Positions 24,017 to 34,683 of a stretch of DNA of 64,000 bases are shown here, one piece after another; position 1 is the first letter of the stretch, and the number at the start of each line of letters is the position of its first letter. The translations under genes were made by a program, and so were the position numbers. Under the pieces are notes generated by a model. The model worked only from the letters and a program-made list of their open reading frames with translations, was not told the origin of the DNA and did not search any database. This stretch comes from Amoebophrya sp. A120. Its lineage: Eukaryota > Protista > Dinoflagellata. The DNA lies in assembly GCA_905178155.1 (NCBI GenBank), contig CAJINV010000001.1, positions 14,818,142 through 14,882,141 on the forward strand, in the 5' to 3' direction.

Positions 24017-27000
24017 CTAGTACGTGTCCAGCTTGGCCTGCACTTTGCGATGCACCATGCAAAGGAAATCGACGTAGGACAGTTCCTGCCGCAGTGCGTC
24101 CTCCACCAGCAGCATGCGCGTATCCTCGTTCGTGTACTGCATTCGCATCCAGCGGTAGCTCAAGCCTTTATCCTTCCGTATCTGCTGCAAGACCGCAAAG
24201 ATCCGGGCGCCGAGTGGCTTTTCCAGGTTTAAACCTCGCACGTGCGCAATGTCATCCACACCAAACGAGTCCTGCAGCAGCTCCGGTGTGGCGTCCGGGC
24301 CAACGTAAATAACGATCTTGTCGCCGTTTTCGTACAGGTAGAGGCCTTGGAGGGACACGCGGTCCATGGAGCACTGAATGTTGCTCGGCATGTGCACGTT
24401 TTCCGCGTCCGCAGGGAGCCCGTGCTTCTCTTGCAGGCGGTGCAAGGGGATGCTGTTTTATTGTGTCGGAAGCAAAAGAAGTTTATGTTCATCATAATAT
24501 CATTCTGAACCAAACAAGGAAGGGAAAACATGCACAGAAACATGCATTGCAAATCATCCGCGCAAGCAGCAAACATACAGCCTCGGGTAGAGCAGCGCGT
24601 TCGAGCGCATGACACAGGAGTTGAGCAGCTGGACGATTTCGGCATACCGGTGGTCTACGCGGCAATTGAGGTTCCGCCGCCGGAAGCACATCTGCTTGAA
24701 CATAGAGCTCAGGTACATCGGCAGCAGTTTGAGGCTCTCTGGTAGGATCAACTGCCCGTAGCTGCTTGTGGAAGCGCAATTTACCCGGTACGCGTGTAGA
24801 ATGTTTACGAGTTGGTCCACCTGTTTTATATGTCATTCAATCATGGCAAGATGAACCAAGCTACGAGCATTCTAAAAATTGCAAATAAGTGTAAGGGCAC
24901 CGACCGGAGTGAACAAATAACATCAAATCAGCTTAAGTATTTACGATCTGCGCCTTTGGTTGCGGGCTGTTTGGTTGCTGGAGTTCCTTTTGCAGGGTCT
25001 CTTTCAGCAGCACATTGGTCAACGCGTCCACGTATCAAATGCAAAAGTGTCTGGGTCTGGAAGATTGCAACTTGTCATGCTGTTTTTCGACTCTAAAAAA
25101 ATTTGTATTGCATGACCAGCAAGAGGGGCGCAATTTGTGCTACACGGACAGGGCATTTCTCATGCGGAAGGTGCATCAGGAAGCGCTCTAAAAGTCTGCG
25201 ATGCTACACCATGCATTACAGGCATCATGATCATGGGTCATGAGAAATATGCATGATAAATCTTGCATTCTTCCGGACCCAGACACTTTTGCATTTGATA
25301 CCACGCAGGTGTAGCGGAATGTGGACGACAGTGCGTTGGTCGCCGCTAGGGCGAGCGTGTGTACGCGAATACACTTCACCCCACTCAAATTTGTGTACAG
25401 ACACGCCACTTGCACGTAGGCATGCTTGGCGGATTCAACCAGGTCCTCGTGCTTCAGCACGAAGCAAATCGTGGAATCGGAACTCAGGCGGGAGACCTAA
25501 AAAAGAGGCAGACAACACGATAGATTATGGACGTATTCGTGGTTCCAAATGAAGTGCTTTATCGTCCTTGCTCTTGGCGAATTGATTTCAACATTCAAAT
25601 CAGGACAGATGAGGGCACGCAGCGTCAATACATAATTTTGTCCTCACGGTCACGACACCAAATCTTCACAAGAACTCCAGTAAGTACCTCAAACTGACTG
25701 CACTCGTGCCTCGAGACCGGATCGAACGCAGCGTACATTTTATTTACAGTTAACCCTCTGCTCGTCCGGATCTTCAAGCTGCACCCGAAGGCCTGCCGTC
25801 TCAAAATGTGGCGCGACACATCGTAATGCAGCTGCTCGCCGTGCTCCGGAAGATTGAAATTGGGATAGAAGAACGTATCGCCACCCGATTTGGCAGGGAG
25901 CTGGTGGAGTTTTTTGCATCGATAATTTCAAATACTGACCGGAGAATGTCATTCATGTTCGCCTGCATGATACCAGGTCAAACTTCAAGGTCAAGTATCT
26001 ATTGTGTAGCGAAAGAACAGCAATACAAAGCTCTGCGTGGCAACGTCGATGTATTGGTTTTCGGCGGGAAGGAGAAAGCAATCCACGCACACATCCATAT
26101 CCAGACACTTCTCCAGCAGGTCTTTGTGAAAGGTAGGGTTTTGCGGAAGGAACCTGGTATGGGTAAAGGGTTCAACAAGTTTGAAGCACCGTTTTTTCGC
26201 GGAATCGGGGCTAGATTTTTCCTGCCGATCATGAAAAGCGAAATAAGGGAAAGCAAATTTATACAGCTCGCCAATTTTGTCTTTCCATTCGTCATCTTGG
26301 GAGTACACCCGCACATCATCCCGATTCACCTGCAACCCCACGCCTCTAGTCGGCAACGATCGCATGAACAGCATGATTTGCCCCGTCCCGCCGCGGGCTT
26401 TGAATAGAGACACGGCACTCGTAAGCGCCGCTCCGCTACAGGAGGTGAAGTCCGTCGATTCGCGGTACAAGCCTGGGATCAAGTCCAGAAGTAGCTCCAG
26501 AGAAGATCCGCCCTCCTGTAATGGGATCAATTTTTTCATATTTGTACCGCTCGAAGGAGGTCATAACACTCGTCAGCAATCAAAGGCCCCCTCGTAAAGC
26601 AGCCGCAGGCGCAGCAGCAGTAGCTTTTGTTTGCTTAAACAAAACGAAAACCAGCAAAACTTCCATACCCTCGGGTCCACGAAGAGCGTGTCCGGGCTGG
26701 CCGGTGCAAAGTCTGGCTCATCCACGTCCGTCTGCAAAATCACTGCTGGTTCACCGCTGGTGGTGCCGAAGTGGTAGCAGTGTATGCTGCTGTCGAACGT
26801 CATGATGGCGACGCGCGAGGAATCGCCGGGAAAATGCGGAATCATCGAGCGGATGGTTTGCAGCACCTGGTGCACGTACCCCGTGTCCATGGCGGCCCGG
26901 GTGACCTCCAGCACGAAAAGGTAGTAGGGAACTTGCGGGGTGACGTCCTTCATGCTGTAATACCTGTATGGGTTGAAGAGGAAGTAGAAAAAGTGATTCT

Positions 27001-30000
27001 TTCCCTTTGATGGGGATGGCCAGGACCAAATGAATCATCACGAGCCGCAACGAAGGGTCAATGAATGAAATTTCCACGACGCTTTGTACTCTATGGGCGC
27101 CACGTAATCCACCGTGCCTGTGCAGAGCTCTGCTCGCTCGTTCCGGTCCCTCCGGTTTCCGGCGAAATCTAAGCTGCAGACAAACGGCTTCGGCACCTCG
27201 AAGTAATGCCCGCAGAAGTTGCAGTTTGCCTCCTTTCCCTGTGCCGCCCAGTTGTAGAAGGCGTTCACGTAGGCTTTGCATCGCGGGCACCGCAGCGGTC
27301 CCTCGTCCCCATTGTCGAGAAGCGGGATAGGGGCCTCTTGCTCCGCCAACGCAGCAAACGGCTGGACCACGGCGGCAATCGGGACGTGCGTGCAGTCAGC
27401 GGTTTGGTGGTAGGTCGGGATCTGGTTGCAGGTCATGCGGATGAACCGCGCACTGCAACTGCCTTTGTCGACGAACACGCAGCGAGAGGAAATCGTTATG
27501 TTTGGCGGCGTTACGTATCTGGAAATAGTTTAAAGTTAAACTTTTTCCACGCCATGCATCAGCATCTTAATCTTTCTTCGATAATCTGCGAATGGCAAAG
27601 ATTCTAGGCGCAGGAGGGGGACTGCACGGTGAAGACTTCACTTGCAACATCGCCAACAAAATGAAATTATCAAGAAAAAGGTAAAACAGTAAGTGAGTAC
27701 TTGTCCGTCGCGAATGTTTTGGACTGCTTCCCGCTGCTGGTCAGCACCCCGACGTTTGTCGGCCGCGGTATCTGCAACGGGTCTATTTTCGACGTATTCA
27801 TCTGTTTCTGCCGGGTCTGTGCGCCGGCTTTGTACATGGGATTCGCGCCCATGCCCAAACCGGTGGCGCCCGGTGGCAATTTCGTTGGCGATTTCGACGG
27901 ACTGTTCGAGCTGCTTGCGCTTGCGCCGCCCTGCTGAAAGTTCGGATTGTTCGCATTGTTGTAGACCGAGTTTTGCGATACTGGCTGCTGACTATAGGGA
28001 TCTGCAGCTGGTGCCCCGCTATATGGCGGCGCGTTGGTCTGCGGGTATGTACTGTAGGGATCAGAATGGCTCGCAGGGGGCGGTGGAGGTGCGGTCGAGC
28101 CGGTCGCCCCGCCGTATGGTGGAACAGCTCCGTACTGCTGACCGCCGGGCGGGGGCGGGGGCGGCGGAAGCGAAGGGTCGCTATATCCAGTAGCACTACC
28201 GCCGGGTAGCGGCGGCGGCTCGCTGCTCCCCGCCCGCATCAGAGAGGGCTGACTCGAGGCGGAAGACGGAAAACTTTGCGCCGATGGACCGGCCCCTATA
28301 GGCAGCGGCGCGGGCTCGAAGTCCGTGATCGGCTCGAATACGGGGTAGGCACAGGCCGCGTTCGGAATCACCGTCGGCATCTGCACGGACCCAGACATGT
28401 CGCCCGTGTCCTCAGATTCGTCATAGGACTGCGATTCTTGCTGTGAACTAGAGCTCGTGGGCTCGCTGTGGCTGGTGTCCTTGCTCTGGCGCGTGCTGTT
28501 CCGCCGGCTACCAGAAGTTCCGGAATTCTGCTGCCGATCGTCGGTCGTCTGTGACTGTGATAATTTAGGTTTAGAAACTTGTTGTTCCGTGGAAAAGATT
28601 GATACCGATAGCATAAGCTTTGTGAACAACTACCTTGGCATTGACCAATAAAGCGACCAGACCTCCTGAAGTAAGAGAAAAAGCTAAAACACCTGCGGCT
28701 GCTGCTGCTGCGCTGCCTTGTTTGCGCGTTCGCGCATTTTACGCCGGTAAGCTTCCTCCGCCGTCTCTTCTCGCCCCTCCTCTTGTTTTTGCTGCGCTTG
28801 CTGATTTTGCGAACCAGCGTTGCCCATCATGTGTTCGCGATATGCATTTTCGTAGTCGCGTGTAGAGTATTCCTCTGGCGGCCCTCGCCCCGGGTTATTT
28901 GAGTTTGCGGTTGATGACGTGCCGCCACCTCCTCTTTGATTATCGTTGTTCCTGGCGGGCCGATTCAGTGGCGGTGAGGGCGTGGTTCCCTGCACAAAAG
29001 CTTCCACCGTCTGGAGCGGTGATGCAGATTTACTGGTGGAGTCAGCGGCCGTCGTCTGCGTGAAGGACTGCTGCGAAGGGTAGGCGTTGCTTCTGTAGGC
29101 TTGCTCTGGATAGGAGGAGCTCGAACCCGCCTGCCGACCAGCTGCCACAGGCGATTGCGGTTGCGTCGGGGCCTGCAGCTGTTGCGAACTGTAGGGCGGC
29201 GCAGCGGCAGGAGCTACGGACATCGTTGTCCCGTTTGATGTCCCGTAACCAGCATCACTGTTGTAGCCATTTGCAGCCACACCGTAGGGTCCAGATGGTG
29301 TTGGCACCGGATACGAAGAGGAGGTAGAAGACGAAGGGGGGTAAAGACTTTGTGAAGAAGAAGAAGCGGGAGGTGGTGCCCCGGCTTGCTGGTGTGGATA
29401 GTCCGGCTGTGGGTTGTCATATTGCTGCTGCTGATACTGCCCTCCACTGTAAGCTCCGTGGCTGCTAGGGTCCACCTGCGGCTGGTTTTGGCTAGAAGAC
29501 GGCAACGTGTACCCAGACGGCGTGGCGGGAACCGATGCTGGGTGCTGCTGTTGCAGTTGCTGAGAACTAAGCGTCTGCTGGGGCTGCACTGGCGCAGCAA
29601 AACCTGTTCTACTGCCGTTGGCTTGGCTGTGCACAGGTGTGCCGGAACCGCTCGATGGTTTGGACCTCGTCGGTGCAGTTGGTTTATCCCACAATCCACC
29701 CATTGCTGCACTGCCAGGAGGCTCGCTGGGCTGCTGTTGGGCGGGAGGTTGTAGTCCTGTGGAAGCTGTGTTCGCACCAGCAGATGCCGTGCCTCCCGAC
29801 CAAGCGCTGGCCGCTGTTGTGGCTTGCTGTGTAGCTGCACTGCCAGAGGTAGACATGACCGGCGTGCCCGGGTAGGAGGACTGGTGTGGAAAAGTGCCAA
29901 CCGAAGTCGCGGCGGTGGTGGTCGTGCTATCGGATTTCAAATAGGGGCTGCTGTTAGGCACCAGAGCTCCACCGCTGGCAGCAGTTGCTAATCCCGCTAC

Positions 30001-30666
30001 ACCAGGGGAAGGATTGTATGGGAGACCTCCGGTACTTTGTGGTGGTGCAAAAGCCTGGTATGCTGTATTTCCGGGCGGGGGTACGGGTTGCGATTGTGTT
30101 TGTGGCATGGTCCTGGCAGGCGGCATGTACTGCTGCGCCTGGTTGTAGCTCGTCGGCGTCGCGCGACTGGAAGTCGGACTGCTAGTGCCGGTAAGCACGC
30201 CGCTCGGGTGCTGCTGGCTGCCTGCGGGACTAGGTTGCGGGTACGCGCCGCCGGGGTAATGGGGCTGGTTGTACATGTTCATACCCGGTGCAGTTCTGTT
30301 CTGGGGCGAAGCCTGCTGCGTCGGGGCGAATGGCTGCTGCTGGTTGTAATTCTGTGCTGGGGCTGCACTTGGATTTGGGTAGGCATTGCTACTTGCATTT
30401 CCATTAGTGTAGTTGTACTGGTTGTAGTAATCGCCAGGGGGATTACTCGTAGACCACTGCTCTCCAGGCTGCATTCCCCCGTCGTAGTGCACCGCACTAG
30501 ACGACACACTGTTTCCGTTAATACCCGTCATGGGAGGTGGTGCAGGTTGTGCAATTGCATACGGAGCTGTTGCGGTTTTTTGCGTAGTAGTTGTACCTGG
30601 CTGGTGGTCGAACATAGAAGGCAATCCATCCCCTCGCTGGTGCAACGGAGACATACTGGTTTTCAT
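24017..30666 (-). CDS. SEC24: COPII coat cargo adaptor Sec24 (Sec24C/D-like), multi-exon; attachment of the Pro/Gln-rich ORF 28684-30666 is uncertain
   Basis: SKIDPLQIPRP, zinc finger PLRCPRCKAYVN..CNFC, RAELCTGTVDYVAP, trunk domain, SGGDTFFYPNF, QVACLYTNLSGVKCIRVHTL, QLILPESLKLLPMY, gelsolin YLYENG and C-terminal SYVDFLCMVHRKVQ. About 9 GT-AG introns plus one TIR introner. Confidence 0.93.
25033..25300. mobile_element. TIR introner/MITE family A, copy A4 (268 bp) inside Sec24 CDS
   Basis: Family A TIR. TSD ccacg at 25028-25032 and 25301-25305. Removal gives FRYTCV-DALTNVLLKE. Confidence 0.95.
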
Positions 30667-31561
30667 CAGCTGCGGCTCGAGCGCTCCTAAGTCACGCGCG
30701 AGTTAGTACCGCGGACATTATCTGGAGCTGCTGTGAGGACTACCGAGACACACATCGCTCGGAAACGTATCGCGTTTCAATATACTTAGCGATTTCGTTT
30801 TCAAAAAGTCGTTGGTGGCTACTGTGATTTTTCGGTGAGGTGCCGGTTCTTTTAGTCGAATAGCGATAGCTTCTACTGTACTCATTCGTCGTGGTTGTTC
30901 TACTACGCTGCGTGCTGACGAGAGTGGACAACCCAGTCACTCAGCTGCTTATTCGGTGAGACAAGATGATGCTTTCGCAACTACACCGTACGCAGGAACC
31001 AAAAACGCAAAGAGGAGTTGACGCGGAACTCAATATTTTTCAAAAATTCGTGCGTTGTGGTTGATTGCATGGCAAGCGTACTAAAGGGATCGACGCAAAT
31101 TGAACAACAAAACTAAAGCCCGCTTCTGTGACCGACGCAACGCCGTCGGTTCTCAATTGAGAATCGACTGCTAAAAAGGTAGGATGGTGATTTTTTTGAT
31201 TTTGTTATTCTCCTGCATAAATTCTTGTCCAATTGAAGATTCTCACTAACGTAAAAGATATCAACCCGGGAATTTGACAAGGTTCTAATGGCAGTCGTCT
31301 ACCGATTAATGGTGTCATTTTTTCTCTAAATTGGTTCGTACTACTTTTATCTATGTACAGCTACTAGTCACTCAAATGCACTCGAACGTTCACTATCTAT
31401 CATTATGTTTGATGTCTTTGTTATCTTGATCTTCTAGCATCTTGTTGTTATGGTTAACATCACATAAAGCATCAAAGTCGTATTCAAACACATCTTGCAT
31501 AATTGGGAAAAAAGATATATTGGCATAAGCGCTTCCAACAGAAAAGACGAGCTGACAGCGT

Positions 31562-33940
31562 TTAATCGTCTTCCTTTTTCGGATTCGCCCGCATGGCCTC
31601 GCGCAGCTCCTCGACAATGTGCGAGTTGAGCGTCGACTCTGCGTGATCTAACGGGTTCTGACCGTTTTCGTCCTGTTTGTAGAGATCGGCCTTTCTCGCG
31701 ACGAGAAGTCGCACGCACTCGTACTGCTGAAACATCGCCGCCCATGCCAATGGCGTTTGCCCGCGCTGCGTGATGGACCTGAGTTTTTTTTTTTTTAAGC
31801 CAAATTTTTATCCATTTTGTCCACCCAGTGTTGAAGAGATCATCTGTATCTGATCTCAGTACTTCATCTTGATCGAATTTCTATCGGGATCATGTGGGGA
31901 AAAACCTAAAGTAGAAGGTAGAACTATACTCCACTGGTGCCCCGTGATCCAACAGGGTTTCGACCAATTCTCGGTGGCCACACCTCACCGCTGCGAACAA
32001 CGCGTTTTGCCCCTCCTTGTTCTTTTCCAGGACGTTGGCGCCCTTTTTCAGCATCACCTTTGCCGCTTCCAACTTACCGAACATGCACGCGAAGAACAAG
32101 GCGTTTTCCCCGTTCTTCGTCGTGACATCGATCTTCGCGTCGTGGGAGAGTAACCCCTCGATGGTGTCGACGTGCCCCTGCGCGCACGCCCACATCAGGG
32201 CTGTTTGGTAGCTGTTTGAATGTAGTGATCTTGTAGAAGGAATTATTTTGGATTTTGTTGAGAATAGCGAAGCAACATCATGATCGCCATCCTTAGGCGA
32301 AATAAGCTCTGATCGCTTGCACGAGAAATCTGCTCTAAAAATGTCAAACAAACTAATACTGGATGTCGTGGTGATTCACTTTCGCACCCTCCTCTAGCAG
32401 AAATTTGCAGACTTCCCAATGCCCGTTGCAGGCAGCCTTCATCAATGGCGTCTCGGATTTGTCGGTTGCGTACCTATTTTTCATGCAAGTGACAATCTTG
32501 ATCTGTGAAGAAGCATCCAAATAACGCAAAGCGATGATACCAAATTTCAACTCCACCACAAAAACCTATTGAAATCGAAGCCACAGGCCATACACAAACT
32601 AAACACATCTATATCAAAAGTAAAAATGTCTGGGTCTGGAAACTTGTGATGCTGGGTTGCGTCTCATGATGAGGCTACAAATGCTGGCTCAGCGTGACAA
32701 GTTTCTGAGCTCCTAGGTGTTGCCTATTCTGCATGACAAACTGCGCTTCTGCAGCACAGAAAAACGGAGATCTTGGGTAACGTGCATGACAGATTTAAGA
32801 GTCATGCCAGACAAGCATGACAAACATGAATTCTTCCAGACCCAGACATTTTTGCACTTGATAATCTATACTCGGCTGCCATGTTCCACTCCTGGATCAG
32901 CAGCTCCACTACTTCGAGCTGCCCGGCGAGGCAGCCCCACATGAGGCACGTCCACCCCTCGTCATCCTGTACGTCCAAAGTGGCGCCCTGCTGCAGCAGA
33001 TAGTCTACGATTTCCATCTCCCCTTGCTCTGCAGCCTTCATCAGCCCAGTTATACCTGATGTCATGTATTAGTCGTGGCAAGTTGTATCGTGGGGCACTA
33101 GAAACAACCGAGATTTGGCCTTTCTTCTGCACTTCAAGCAGCGCAGGAACGACTTCCAAAAGACGACAGTGCTGGTAAAGACTACTTTACTTCCTTCTCG
33201 TACCTTCATCGTCCTTTGCGTCTAGTAATCTCCGCCTCTCTGCTTGGTCGAGCGTCCTAGCCATTTTTGAGCCCTGTCTTTCCGTAGAGCTTTGTCTTGC
33301 TTTGGAGCCCGCGTTACTGCTTGGAAGGAAATCTGGTTGGTGCAATGTGCCGTTTCCTTTGGGCCGTGCACAATTCTCTGTGTGGGAGTTCGCATTCGAT
33401 ATAAACGAACGCTAAACGAAACTCTTCCATGCAATTACAGCGGTACCTGCGACTTTTTTCTTCTGTGTGGCCATGATGTAGTCGACGAAATATTGGACGA
33501 TATGTATCTGCCCCTCCTTGCATGCTTTCATGAGTGCCGTCTCCCCTATGTCATCCTTTGCGTTCACTCTTGCACCCTTCGCAAGCAGGTACTTCACTAT
33601 GTCGAGGTAGCTGTTTTATGTAGGGAAGGAAAGCACTTTTTTTGCCGCAATATTAAGAGCAAGTGGTGCCTGTCGTCCTTCATTTCAGTAAGTATGCGAA
33701 TAAAGCCAAAAGACCAGAAGCAACGTAAGCAAAATGCACACACTACCCTTGCGACGATGAGTGCATCAACGCGGTTTGTCCGTCGGGGTCGCGCTGGTCT
33801 GGCTTGGCTTTGGGCTCCTCCAGCCATCTTTCCACGCCCTCGATCAATCCGTTCTTGGCTGCGTCAATGAGGGGAGAAACAGTACTCAAGCTGTTTTTTG
33901 CTTGGTTGGACCGCAACGCGGCCAACAAATTCGACGTCAT
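31562..33940 (-). CDS. Ankyrin-repeat protein, 7 exons
   Basis: Repeated motifs GQTALMH, GETALMKAC, GITGLMKAA, GWTCLMWGC, ETPLMKAACNGH, QTALMWAC, GENALFFAC, GQNALFAAV and GQTPLAWAA, joined by GT-AG introns. Confidence 0.9.
32612..32863. mobile_element. TIR MITE family A, copy A5 (252 bp), nested in a canonical intron (32474-32871)
   Basis: Family A TIR. TSD atcta at 32607-32611 and 32864-32868. Colinear with A1 along its whole length. Confidence 0.95.
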
Positions 33941-34683
33941 CGTGCGTGTTCTTACCGCTCCTGATATTACGACTTCAACATATTGAAGCTAAGGAAGACT
34001 ATCATCACGAAGCAGGAAACGCAAGTCTACTCCAACACGACGTGACTTCTGAGGCCGATGGACAACAAAGGTGACTCAATCCCGTACAAGAACCTGCTGC
34101 AGGTATTGCACCACCGCAGTTGCCACTCGCACAGGTTCTAGACGGTGCATTCCCTCGTTTGCGAACGGAAGACATTAATTGCTCACGGGGTCGCCTTCGC
34201 AGACAACCATAAGCATAACACTCCAGGAAAAAACCCAGAAGAAGAAAAAAATCTGAAACGCACTTAGCGATGTTCACTCTCAAAAAAAGGACAACTCCTC
34301 GCAATCTCGTTATACCAATCTCATAATGCGCCTGGTGTCACCCACGTTCCTCGATAGATTCGCAAAGAGCGTCAATAGTGAGTAGAACAATTCGCACCCG
34401 AAATAAGTACTCATAACCAGCGACACACGATCGCCACGCAGTTCCAGACACATACGTGGCAGCTCTCGTAACAGATTCCGATACAGATAAGGGTTACTGG
34501 TCTTTCAAATACAAATTACATTCCTCATAGCTCATCGGTCTTTCCAGACGCGCACAGATTCGCTGGTAGCGCGTTCCTGTGTAAGTAAGTGTCGCACTTT
34601 GCTTGTTTGTGCTGTGGTGCTTTTCCTCCTGCTTTTGCGCTGGCGCCGCCCCATCTCAAGAAAAACACCCGAAGCCGAAACCG

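Noticed and set aside
14196-25305. U12-type intron interpretation (RTATC 5' ends, one AT-AC case)
   Set aside because: The match stops after RTATC (AAAT rather than CTTT), I saw no U12 branch motif, and families B and C begin differently.
31793-31808. Weak resemblance to a dinoflagellate spliced-leader relic (ttttggcttaa on the minus strand)
   Set aside because: Short partial match inside an intron next to a homopolymer run.
14201-32863. Recurring peptides FQTQTFLHLI, SNVKMSGSG and IKCKNVWVWK in several ORFs
   Set aside because: These are translations of the family A TIR, not a protein domain.
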